Positions 1 through 11,444 of a DNA stretch of 45,007 bases are shown here, piece after piece (position 1 is the first letter of the stretch; the number at the start of each line of letters is the position of its first letter). The stretch spans positions 1-45,007 of the forward strand of contig QPMI01000375.1 in the NCBI GenBank assembly GCA_004431415.1. The letters run 5' to 3'. The translations under genes and the position numbers were made by a program. The notes beneath the pieces are model-generated. The model was not told where the DNA came from and ran no database searches. It was given only the letters and a program-made list of their open reading frames with translations. The DNA comes from Cyanophora paradoxa CCMP329 (lineage: Eukaryota > Plantae > Glaucophyta).

Positions 1-3000
1 GGGCCGGCGAAGCCGCAGCAGCAGAAAAAGACGCTTTTCCCAAAGGGGCACCGACCGACACCGCCCGCGTCGGCCCCGCCGCCGCCGCCGCCGCCGCCGC
101 CGGCCCCAGCGGCGGTGGCGGGGGCGGGGAGACGGAGGCGAGCTCGCAGGCGAGCTCGCAGCCGGCGCCCATGCCGAGCCCCGCCAAGCCCCCGCCGCCC
201 CGCTCCCCGCCGCCCCGCGCTCCCGCCCCAAGCCGACCCCTGCCCCGCTGCCCCCGGGGCTATCGTCATCGAGGTGCCCCTGGGAGCCCCCCCCCCCCCC
301 CCCCCGGGGGCCCCTTCGGGTCGGTGTACCGAGCCTCCCGCAGATCGAAGACGACGACGAGGATCAGACGAGAGGAGGGGCGCAGGCCGGCCCCGCGCCC
401 CGCCCCGCGCCTCCTCCGCCCCCGCCCCGCCCGCCTCGGCCCCCGCCCCGAACCTCGCCCCGCCCTCCCCCGCCTCCTCCGCGCGCCCCGCTGGCGCCCC
501 GCGCGTCGTCGGCCCCCGGCCGGCCCCGTTCCCCCAGAGGAAGAAGGCCGCCAAGTCCGCGTCGGCCCCCGCGGGGGCCCCGCCGAGGGCGGCGGGATGC
601 CGGCGGGGCCCCCCGGGCGACCCCGGAGGGCAAGGCCGCCGCCGCGTGCAGGGCGGTGCGCGCCCTCCCGCGGCGCGCCGCCCACGCGCGGGGCCCTCGC
701 CGCGCACCCCGCAGGCCTCCCCGCCGCCCCGCAGGCCCCCCCGCCTGCCCCCGTCCCCCTCTTCCCCCTCTGAGCAGCCCCCCTCAGATTGTGCAGGTCT
801 CCCCTCGGGGCCGCCCCCCGCCCCCGAAGGCTTCCTCAAGGGCACGCGCCTCTTCCACCGTACCCCCCACCTGCCTTCTTACGCCGTGCCCAGGCCTCTT
901 CATCTGCGTCCTGGGGTACAAGGATGTGGAGGCGCTCGACGTCCTGCACGCCTCCGAAGAGGTGCCCCGCCCCTTCCCCCCTGCTCCCCTCGCCTTCGTT
1001 GCTGATCCGCCCATCACCCCCTCTCCCCAGGGCGCCTTCGTCAAGATCGACCGCTACGTGCACGAGCGCTGCACGCACCTCGTCTGCTGGTATCCCCCCC
1101 CTCCCCCCCCTCCTGCCGCGGCTGAGGGGAGGGGGCAGCACGGCGGACATCCCGGAGGCGAGGCGGGCGGAGGCGGCGGGGAAGCGGGTCGTGCGGCGCG
1201 AGTGGGTCCGCGACAGCCTCCTCGCCCAGCGGCCCATCGGCCCCTACGGCCAGTGCGCCGCCCCCCCGCGCTTCCTCCCGCCCCACGCGAGGCGCCGGGC
1301 CGAGGGGCGGGGCCGGCGGGCAGGGACCCGGCGGCGCGGGCGATCCACGTGCCGCCGCGGAGCAGGGCGGGCCTCGCCTCGTTCCGGGGGCGGGCCTTCT
1401 GCTCGACGGGCATCGCCTCGGGGCCCCAGGTCGTTGACCGCGACGACCTCGAGCAGATGGTGCCCCGCCGCCCTCCCCCTCCGCTTCCTCCCGCCCCCTG
1501 CCCCACGCGGGCCCCGCAGGTGGAGCTGCTGGGCGGGCGCAACACGCGGGCCCTCAAGCGCGCCGAGAACCCCGTCCTGCTCGCCGAGCCGTCGTGCGCC
1601 CCGGCCGGGCCCTCCTCGGGGCGGCGGGGCGGCTCAGGGGCGGGGGCGCAGGGAGGACTCCCCGCAGCACGCCGCCCTCTCCACGAAGAACGGGCAGAAG
1701 GTGCCCGGCCCCCTCCCCCGCACGCCGCGCCGCGCTGCGTGACGCTCCCCTGCGCGGCGCGCCCGCCAGATCGCGATGGCTTTCAAGTGGGGCATCGACA
1801 TCGTCTCCGTACGGCGCGCCCCGTGCCCCAGCACGCCCCGCCCCCCGGCGCGCCTCGGGCCTCGAGCGGGGCGGGGCAGGTGGCTCTTCGACTCGTACGC
1901 GCAGTGGCGGGACCTCTCGCCGGCCCCCTACCTCCTCCTGCCCCACCCCGAGGAGCGCCTTGACGCCCCGCCGCCCCCTCCCGCGCCCCCCAAGCCCCAG
2001 GCCGCCCCTCCCGCCCCCGCCCCCGCTCCCCCCGCTCCGCCGCCCCCTCGCGCCGCCTCCGCCTCCTCCTCCGCCTCCGCCTCCGCCTCCTCATCCTCGG
2101 GCAAGGTCGCGGGCATCTCGCCGCCCGCCAGGCCCGGGCCCGCGCCGGCCTCCTTCGCGACTGCTCCGCTGGCGTCCCCGCAGCAGCCGCCGCCTCAGCC
2201 GGGGGCGAAGCGGAAGGCCGCCAAGGAGGAAGCAGGGCCGAGCGCGCCCGCGCAGCCGGTGCGCCGCCCCTCCGCCGCCCCTCACCGCGCCCCCCGACCC
2301 CCTCACCGCGCGTCGCGGGGCAGCCCGAGGCGGCGGCGGGGCCCCCCGCAAAGCGGCCCAAGACGCCAGCGAAGGCGGCCCCCTCCCCGCCACCGCCGCA
2401 GCCGCCGCCGCCGGCACCCCGCTTCCTCTGCACCGGCTTCGCCGACCGGGACAACCCGGACCACGCGTGCGTGCCGCCCCCGGGCTGCGGGGCGCCGCCC
2501 TCCGAGCCGGTGAGGGCGCGCAGGGCGCACTCCCTCCTGCGGAACCGCTTCCTGGGCCTCCTCGAGTCCCTCGGCGGTGCGCCCGCCCCCCCTCTTCTTC
2601 CTCCTCCGCCCCCGAGCGCCTCGCCCGGGTACCGGAAGGCGCGGAGACGGGCGAGGCGGCCGACGCGACGCACCTCGTCGCCCCGATGGCGAAGCGCACC
2701 GGCAAGTGGTCCGCCCCCGCCTCCCCTCCCGCCCCCCCGCCCCACGCCCCGCCCCGCCCCGCCCCGCCTAGCCCGACACGCCGGGCAGGCTGGCGGCGCT
2801 TGCGAAGGGGATCTGGATCCTGCGGCCCTCGTACATGTGCGCCCGCGCGCTCTCGCGCCCCTCTCCACGGGATCTGAGGGGCGGGGCGGGGCCGCAGGCA
2901 GGCGTGCGTGGAGGCGGGGCGGCTGGTCCCCGAGGAGCCCCACGAGGCACGCCCCGCCCCCGCCGCCCCGGCCCCGCCGCCCCCCCCGCCCGCTGAGCGC

Positions 3001-3923
3001 TCTCCCCTCGCAGTACTTCGGCGACGGCCTCTTCAACGGCTCCAACTGGCCCGCCCCCCGCCCCCGGCCCCGCCCCCGGCCCCGCCCCCGCCCCGGGGCG
3101 ACGTCGAGGGGTCGCCGCTGCGCAGGATGGGGGCCATGCGGCGGAGCAGGCTGCGGCGGGAGAGCACCGGCAGGGGCGCCTTCCACGGCATGAAGGGTCC
3201 GCCCCCGCGCCTGCCCCCCATATCTTTACCCGACGCGCGCCGGCCCGCGCCGCGCAGTCGTCCTCCTCTCGACGGACAAGCTGCAGCCGCGCGACATCGG
3301 CGACATGATCAGGTGCCGCCCGGGCTCCCCCGGCGCGGTGCGAGGCGCGGGGTGCGATGGCATGCGGCAGGGCCGGGGGCGGGGCGGTGCTGGACCCCCA
3401 CGAGGCGGCCAGCTGGCGGGGGGCGACCCTCGCCCTGCACGCCCCCAGCGGCCCAGCCGCCCCCGCCACCCGCGCCCTCCGCGCCCGCGCCGTCCCCATC
3501 GTCGCCCCCTCTACCTCGTCCGCCCTTCGCCCGCCCCTCCGCCCCGCCCGTCCCCACGCGCCTCGCCCTCGTGCAGATGGACCTTCTCTCCCTCGAGCAC
3601 GCGCCGAGCATCGTGCGGCCCGCCTCTGCCCGCCCCGGCCGCCCGACGGCTCACGCGCCGGGCAGGAGGACTACCGCTGGCAGGCGCCCGACGAGGGCGG
3701 CGGGCCGGCCTCCGCCCCACAGCCGAGCGGCGCCGGCCCGTCGAGCGCGGCCGGCCTGGGCCGGGGCGGCGCCGGCAGGGGCCGCGCCGGGGGCGCGGCG
3801 GGGCCCGATCTCAAGAGGGCCTCCGCGTTCCCAGCCCCCTCGCAGCCGCCCTCGCAGCGGCAGGCGGCGCAGCAGGCCGCGCCGGCGGGGCGCCCCACGC
3901 CCCAGCAGAAGGGGCCCCAGTAG
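1..3923 (+). CDS. TOPBP1: Multi-BRCT DNA damage/replication checkpoint scaffold, TopBP1-like; multi-exon, 5' end outside the window
   Basis: Spliced exons give BRCT signatures: GLFICVLGY...CTHLVC...GKRVVRREWVRDS (894-1253); FRGRAFCSTG...DRDDLEQMVELLGG...AFKWGIDIVS-WLFDS (1382-1900); and THLVAPMAKRTGKW-LAALAKGIWILRPSY...CVEAGRLVPEEPHE (2668-2946). The last closely resembles TopBP1 BRCT7 (THIVV...[24 protein letters not shown]...GHFVQEEDYE). Stop TAG at 3921-3923. Confidence 0.7.
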
Positions 3924-4013
3924 CCGCGAGCGAGCGGCTCGTCAACCAAGTCTGGAACTGTGCAACACAAACCCTTTACGTTCCCTGCACTGTGCACGCC
4001 GCAGCGACCACGA

Positions 4014-6578
4014 TCACTCCGGGGGCGGGTGGCCCCTCGCCTGCTGCCAGCTCTGCCGAACGAACGTCAGAGGGGGCGGCGCCGCTTCAGCCGGGCTCGA
4101 GGGCGGGCGGGCGCACGGAGTAGGCGAGGAAGGCGGCGGCGGTCTTCGACCCCACGAAGGAGGCCTCCTTCGAAGGGGGCGAGAGCTCGTCAGGCGGGCG
4201 CGCGGGCGGCCGGGCGGCGGCGGCGCGCGCGCACGAGGCCCTCCCCGACGAAGAGGCGCTCCCCGCGGTCGGCGCCGAGGGCGGCGAGGGCGGCCAGCAG
4301 CTCGCCGTGCACAGCCGTCCCGGCCTCCAGCCAGGCGCTCTCCTTGGGGAGGGCGAGGAGGACGCGCGTCGCGCCCCGCAGCCGCCCCAGCGCCTCCACA
4401 ACCTCCCCTGCCCCCGGCGTCATCGGGGCAGACAAGGGGATGGATTCTGCTAGGGAAGCTAGTGTTTGGCCCTCTTTGGAATGCGGTCTATCCTCTGGCC
4501 CTCGCCCAGCGGCCTGGACGGGGCGGGGCGGAGGGAAGGCCCTCGGGGCCGGGGCGGGGCGCACGCGGGGAGAGGCCCTCGAAGCGGCAGCGGAGCTGGA
4601 GGCGCTGGAGGGTGGCGACGTGCGCCCCGCCCGTGAGCCACGCGAGCTGCCCGGGGCCCAGCCCGTGGTGCGCCACCTCCAGGCTGCCCCGCGCGCCCGC
4701 GTCAGGGGCCGCCCGCGGCGCAGGGCCGGCGCGGCGCACTCGCGCAGGCCGGCGAAGGCGCCCTGGGGCCACGCGGCGGGGAGGCCCACGCGGAGGAGGC
4801 GCAGGCGGGAGCGCCGGGCGGGGCGGGGGCGGAAGAGGCGGCCAGGGCCGGCGGGAGCGCCTCGGGCTCCCCTCGCCCTCCGCGCCCCCGATGACCTCCA
4901 CGTCCTGCGCCGCACCGCATCACCTCGACGCGGATCGAATCTCGCCTCGCGGCGGGGCCGGCGGACGCTGCAGAAGAGCCCGGCGGCGGCGAGGCCCGCG
5001 ACCGCCTCCCCGAGGCGCCGGCAGCCGTTCAGCAGCCTGCGCGCGCGCGCGGCCGCGCCTCAGCGGGGCGGACGCCGAGCGCGAGCGGCGTGCGCGCGGC
5101 CGGCGCACAGGCGGCCGGCGTCGCCGAGGGAGACGCCGGGGGGCCAGGCGGCGGGGAGGGCGCAGCGCTCGACCATGAGGGCCCGACGGTGCCGGCGCCG
5201 AACTCCTCGGGGGCGAAGACGGCGGCCAGGTGCGGGGCGGCGGGGCCGAGCTCCGCGGGGCCTCCCGGGGCGCCCCGGCGAGGCGAGTACGAGGCGGGCG
5301 ACGCGGAGGCCCCGCGCGGCGAGCGCGGCGAGCGCGGCGGCGGCGCGCCCGTCGTACGAGTGCGCCTCGTCGACGCGGCGGAGGGCGGGGAAGGGGGCGA
5401 GGTGCGGCAGCGCCGCCTGCCCCACGCTGATCGCCGCCCCCAGGTGCTCCAGCCCCCGCATCGCAGGCACCTGCCGCCGGCCCAGCTGAGCGGCCGGCGC
5501 CGGGCGGGGCGGGGCGGGGCGTGCGGGGCGCGCACGGGCACGCCCTCGACGAGGACGGCGGGCTTGCCGCTGGAGGCGAGGGAGAGGGAGCGGAGTGCGG
5601 GGAGGTGCCGGTCCACGTCGAGCAGCCGGAAGACCGTCTCAAAGCGCTCCCCGTGCGGGCCTGCCGAGGCTCGGCGGAGGGGCGGGGGGGAGGGGGGCCC
5701 GGGCGGGGCGCACTGGAGGGCCCGTCGTTGTAGATCTCGACCTCGAGGCGGGCCAGCGAGCGCGGGGCGCCCCCCAGCAGCTCCAGCAGCGGCGAGCGGC
5801 GCGGATCGGGGGCGCCCGGGGCCGGCGGGGCGCCCCAGCCGGGGAGGGCGAGCTGGGCGCGCCAGTCGCGCTCCGGGAAGAGGAGCACGAGGCGGAGGCG
5901 CTCGAGGCGCGCGCAGGCCGGCTGCCGCAGCAGCGCCGCCGCCTGCGCCGGCAGCAGCTCCGCGCCCCGCAGCGCCAGCAGCTCCACCACGTGCACCTGC
6001 GCGAGCTCAAGCTCGAGAGATTCGAGGCGGGAGGGACGCGTGCACCTGGGGCTGCCGCAGCTGGACGAGAGGCTCCAGGCGCTGCCGCACGAGCCGCAGG
6101 TCCCGCTCCAGCTGCCGCTCGTACTCGGCCCGCCCGGGGCTCTTGCCGGCCGCGGGCGCGGCCGCCTGCCCGGCGGGGGGGGCTCGCCCGAGCGCCATCT
6201 GCAGCTGCATCTGCAGCATGCGCTGCAGGTCGTCCCCGCCACCGCTCTCCTCCACGGCCAGGCTCACCACAACCCTGAGACGAAGACGGGGATCGGACGG
6301 GCGGCGGCGTCAGGTCACTGAGTCAGCTCGGGCGGCGTGCTGGCGCTCCCTCGCCCCTTCAGGACGCACGCCATCGTCGCGGAAGTCAGAGGCGGCAGCC
6401 TTGCCACCGCCTCGCGCCAGCTGCGTGCGCGGATCGGAGTCGAGTCATGAACTCGGCCCCGGGGGGGGGCGCACCGGCGGCACACGGCGCTCAGGCTGAA
6501 GCGATCCACCAGGCACAGGCGGTCGAGCACGAGGCAAAGAGGGTGCTCGGGGAGCTGGCTCCACTCCGCGTCCCCCAT
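4014..6578 (-). CDS. F-box protein with leucine-rich-repeat-like C-terminal region (multi-exon)
   Basis: The N-terminal MGDAEWSQLPEHPLCLVLDRLCLVDRFSLSAVCR is an F-box motif. Downstream exons carry LRR-like repeats (LESLELE, LERLRLV, LARLEVE, LPALRSLSL, LEHLG, LQRLQLRC). Predicted last exon is SWQQARGHPPPE*. Confidence 0.75.
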
Positions 6579-6970
6579 TGCAATCGCTGTCTGAGCTTGT
6601 GACGCCGCCGCGTCCTGCAACCGATCGCGGTCTTCCGTGATCAGAGCTCCTTCGTACGCGTGCTCGATCACTGTCTGCTGGCGCAGGGACCCTTCGGACT
6701 ATGGCTACGGCCCTAGCCTACGGTACAGCATTAAAACCGACGGGCCGGAACTCTGAAGCCTTTTTTACGCGGCGAATGTTCCTCCAATTTGCGCATGCGC
6801 ACATGCTTCCGCGCACGTGGCCGGCTCAAGCTTTGAAGCACACCGATCAGCGGCCGGACTGTTCCTAGGGCCCCGGCTCGCACAGTGTACGTGGCTGGCG
6901 CTCCGAGTGCTCGGTCTTAGAATCTCTTCAAGATCTCAGGAGAGGTCTCGAGAGCGCGTCTCGGCCGCGC

Positions 6971-7934
6971 TCAGAGGTCGAAGGCCTCCTCGGCGTAGTG
7001 GCACTCCTGCGGGGCCGCGCGGTCCGTGCCTGAAGGGGCGGACGGTGCGGGGCGGGGGAGGGGCGCCACCTCGAGCTCGCAGATCTCCTCGGCGGCGGCG
7101 GCGGTCGGGCCGGCCTCGCACGCGCCCTCCGCGGCGGCGACGTCGGCGGTGAGGGCGTCGACGTCGAGCAGCGCGTCGTCCACGTCCACCTGCCGCCCCC
7201 CCGCCCTCGGCAGCCGCCCGGCGCGGCGGGCCCCGGCCTCGCGCGCGGCGCGCACCTGGTTGAAGTGGGGCGGCAGGCAGCCGAACCGCTGCGCGCCGGC
7301 GCTCAGCTCCGATCGGCTCCGATGGGAGGGGCCGGCGCGGCGCGCGAACCTCAGCGATCGTCTCCGTGTACTGGACGGCCTGCGCGCGGCGAGCTGTGAG
7401 CCGGGGCCCGCCGGCGGCGCCGGCGGCGCGGGCGGGCTGCGGCTCGCCTCGTCGGTCGCGCCGTTCGCCGCCGTGATGCGAGTGGCGGCCTCGCAGATGC
7501 CCGAGACGCTGGGCGGCGGTGGGGTGGGTGGCGCGGGAGACGCAGAGGGGGGGCTGGCGGGGGAGCCGCGCACGCGTCGCCGGACCAGGTGGGCCGCACG
7601 TGCCGCACGCTGTCCGCGAGGGGCGGCGGTCAGCGGCGAGGAGGAGGCGCGAGCGGCCCCGCGCGGCGCCGGCTGCGCACTGCTCGCAGTCCAGCGAGTC
7701 CAGCATGTCGTCGACGGCGCCCTGCGGGACGGGCGCCGGCGGCTTGAGCGGGAATCGCCGAGGAGGCGCCCCCCGGGCAGCCGGCGCACCTGCAGCTCCT
7801 TCGGGAGGTCGTAGGCGCTGCGCTCAAGGCCGGCAGCGTAGACACGGCAGGTGTCCTGGGCGATGGGCCCTGCTCGCTCTCGTCAGCGGCGAGCGCCGCG
7901 AAGAACAACAAGAAACAACGAGCGAACCGGGCAT
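6971..7934 (-). CDS. Hypothetical small acidic, Cys-containing protein (about 8 exons)
   Basis: GT/GC-AG splicing gives an open frame: MPGPIAQDTCRVYAAGLERSAYDLPKELQ GAVDDMLDSLDCE..VRHVRPT CVSGICEAATRITAANGATDE AVQYTETIAE RFGCLPPHFNQ VDVDDALLDVDALTADVAAAEGACEAGPTAAAAEEICELE ECHYAEEAFDL*. Codon usage is typical of exons here. No family recognised. Confidence 0.6.
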
Positions 7935-8255
7935 GGTGACCTGAGAACGCATCGCTGCTGTCTGCGCGGCGGGAGGCTTAGGGCGGCGCAGACGAAGCCG
8001 GAACGGGAGGATGGAGCGGCGGAGCATGCCGGCGACGACTACATATCAAGACCTAAACTCTAGCGCCGCGCTATGCGCGGGAACGCTCAGTGTGTCAGTT
8101 AGAGTTTCGAGGCCGCCGGGTTGGCGAGGCGCGTTTCTCGACTGCTTTTCAAATGCATGCTTTCCCGTTAGCGCTCCTGCGACGAGCTATACGCTCCTGG
8201 CGGACCTTCTCTTTTGCTGACGAACAAGCGGTACCCCTCGCGGCAGTTGCGCTCG

Positions 8256-10539
8256 ATGGGCCGGCACGGCCTCCTGGCGGCGGCGATCGTGCTGCTCGGG
8301 CTGGTGACGGTCGTGCGGGCCAATATCGTGCTGGATTGGAACGCGGCCTTCTGCGATGTGCTCAAGACCAGCGCGCCGGACTGGGTGCGCACGTCTGATC
8401 GCCTCGCACCTCTGTACAGAATGACACGCGACGTTCAGGACACCGGCCGAGTCGCCAGAGCAGGGGCTATGCTGCACATTGCCATCGCAGGTGCGGACGC
8501 TGGGGCGGGCGCTCGGCCGCCCTCACACCCACGCGCTGCAGATGCGTACGAGGACGCATCGAGGCTTCCCGCACAGAGCCTGAGGTGCGGCGCCGAGCGG
8601 TTGCGGGGCCGGCGCCATCCAGACGGGCGGGGCGGGGCGGTGCAGGGGGGTGACGCGGGGCGCGGCGGCGGAGGCGGCGGTGGCCTTCGCGGCGCACGAC
8701 GTGCTCGCCGCGGTGCTCCCGAGCTCCCAGTGGGATCTCCGCCTCAGAGACTTTGTCGCGGCGGCGCGCCCCTCGGCCTCCACCCCCGACCCGGTGCGAG
8801 CGAGGGAGCGGGCCGGCGGGGCGACCCGGCGCGCGCGCTGAGCCGGCGCAGGGCCTGGAGGCGGCGGCGAGGGTGGGGTCCCGCGCGGCGCGGCGCGTGC
8901 TGGAGGAGCGCGTCGACGACCACAGCAACGCGTGCGCTCCCGCGCCCCGCGCGGCCGGCGCGCCCCGCCCCGAGCGCGCGCCCCGCAGGTTCGCGTACTA
9001 CGCGGCGACGAACGGGCCGGGGCGGTGGCGCCCGACGCCGCCGCTCTTCAAGCAGATGCCGCAGAGCCCCGCCTGGCGCCTCGTCACGCCCTTCTCCGGC
9101 AAGCCGCACGCCTTCTTCGCGCTCGAACACGGGCCCCCCGACCTCTTCGTGTGTCCCCGCGCCCCTTAGAGCTCACTCGCCCCGCCGCGACTCGAACCCG
9201 GGCCCGGGGCGGGCCGCAGTCCCGCGAGTACGCCGCGGCGGTGGCCCTCACGCAGGAGCTCGGGGCCCGCGAGAGTCCGACCCGGTGCGCCGCGTGCCCC
9301 AGTTCGCCGGCCCCCGGGTCCTGAAAACGGTGTACCCCCAGCACCGAGGGGCAGACGGAGCTGGCGTACTTCTGGGCCGACTCGGCGCCGGGACGGGACT
9401 CGCGCCCGGGTACGCCTCTCTCCCCCGGGTTTGAATCTCGAATCGAGGCGGGCGCAGCGCACTGGAACCGCATCGCAGCGACCATCGCCCAGCAGCAGCA
9501 GATGTCCCTCCGCGACGTGCGCCGTACCCCTCCCCCACTCGCCGAAACCTCCCCGCGGGGATTCGAGCGGGCGCCGCGCAGACGGCCAAGTTCTTCCGCC
9601 TCGTCAACGTCGCCCTCGCCGACGTCTCCATCGCCGACAAGGTCAACAAGGTGAGGGCGAGGAGCCGGGCGAGGGGGTGCGGCGTTCCGGCCGCACGCCC
9701 CGCGACGCTGTACCCCCATCCCGCAGTTCAAGTTCGACCAGTGGCGGCCCGTGACGGCCATTCGCGAGGGCGTGAACGGGAACGAGTTTATCCGGTACCC
9801 CCCTTCTGTTCATTCGGCCCCGTTCCCCGCTCAACCAACCCCCCGCGCCCGTTCAGCGCTCAGCCGGACTGGACTGTGCGCCCCGTTCCCACCGCTTCCC
9901 CTCACTGCCCCCTCCCCAAGCCCGGCTGACGCGTACCCCCTTCTCCGCAGCCCCTGATGGACACGGAGAACTCGCAGGAGTACCCCTCAGCGCACGCCGC
10001 CTGCGCCGCCGCCCTCGTCCACGTGATCTCGAAGTTCCTCCCCTCCCTCTCCTTCCCCCCCGAGGTGCAGTACCCCCCGCGTCCTGCGGCTCGGGGCCCC
10101 GCGGGGCCCCGAGCCGCCCCCCTCGCAGGGCCTCGCCGTCACATCGGACTCGCCCATGATCCCCCCCGGCGTTGTCCGGGTGCGCTCGTACCCCCCTCTT
10201 CCCCTTTCCCCCTGAGCGCCTCGCAGACGTACCAGTCGCTCGACGAGATCGTCGAGGAGGTCAGGGGTACACCCCGCGCGCCCCGTGCCCCCTCCCCGAC
10301 GCCCCCCCGCCAGGTGGCAATGAGCCGGGTGTACGCGGGAAACCACTTCTCCTTCTCCGTTGCCGCCGGCCGCGTGCTTGGCATCCGCGCCGGTACCCCC
10401 CTTCTTCCCCCCCCCCCCCCCCCCCCCCCTCCCTTCATTCTGACGCGGGGCAGGGGAGGCGGCGTGGGCGCACCACGAGCGGCTCGAGAAGGGCCGCCCC
10501 GCCCTCTCCAGCTCCGCCCCCGGCGATCTTCCCCTCTGA
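8256..10539 (+). CDS. Secreted vanadium-dependent haloperoxidase / PAP2-haloperoxidase family protein, bacterial-type (multi-exon)
   Basis: Signal peptide MGRHGLLAAAIVLLGLVTVVRA followed by NIVLDWN. Other matching segments are AAVAFAAHDVL, GPGRWRPTPP, SREYAAA..TQELG and AYFWAD..HWNRIA. All three PAP2/VHPO vanadate-binding motifs are present: KFKFDQWRP (K-x6-RP), EYPSAH and SRVYAGNHF. Confidence 0.85.
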
Positions 10540-11444
10540 CCCCCCCCGCTCGAGCTTCTCCCTCGGGCCGCCCGTGCCCCTCCTCCCAGCCCCTCGCGCC
10601 CCCCGCGCCTGTACACTAGTTTTTCAGCGGGAGGGCGGTCGACACCCCTGTATCATATCGCAGCTAGGCTTAGGCCCCCCTTTTCAACCGAGTAGAGGCC
10701 CTTGCGGCCGGGCCTTTCGAATTCGGAGTGCCTGTTGGCAGCAGAATTGGGTGCCATCCTCAGCCTGGCAGCGCGCTCACCGTGGCGCCCGCTTCTCCGA
10801 GTCTGGGGCAGCTGCCTGCAGCAGGCAACCGGCTGCTCATGCTCAGCCGGTTCCGATACCGGTGGTCCATTGTGGCTCTGACTAGAACATCTGGCGAGTA
10901 CTGGTACAGGCGGCCGCTGCTCGAAGGGTCGGGTACACGACCGTACATCTACGTATACGTCGATGGCGGCCTCGGTGCAACGGCACCAACACGGATACTG
11001 TACGGGAGGCTCTACAAGGTCCTATCGGGCCTCCGGAGCGGCGCTGGCCGCCCGGCGGCCCCTGAAACGATTCTGCATGCGAATCCTGCACAAATGCGAA
11101 GGAAGCGGAAGAGTGAAGCCTGCTAATTACAGCGGTCGCTACGATAAACTACGGTGGGGAGAGCTGCCGCGGGGCCGAGGCCGGCCCCGCGGCGGGCGCA
11201 GACATAAGGCAAATGCGATGCACAGGCCGAAGACGGGCTGACATAGACATGCAGAAACCAGGCAGGCCTAGGCCAGGAGCCGGCCTGCTCTGGAAAGCGA
11301 AAAGCAACTAGGAAAGGGGGCGGAACTAGGAGAGGGGAGAGAAACAAACCGAAGCGCGGGGAGTAAAGCTGATTGTGGCACGCAGGAGGGGGAGGTGCGG
11401 CCGCGGGGCCGAGAAAGGGGAAGGGGGCGGGGAGAGGGGCCGGC

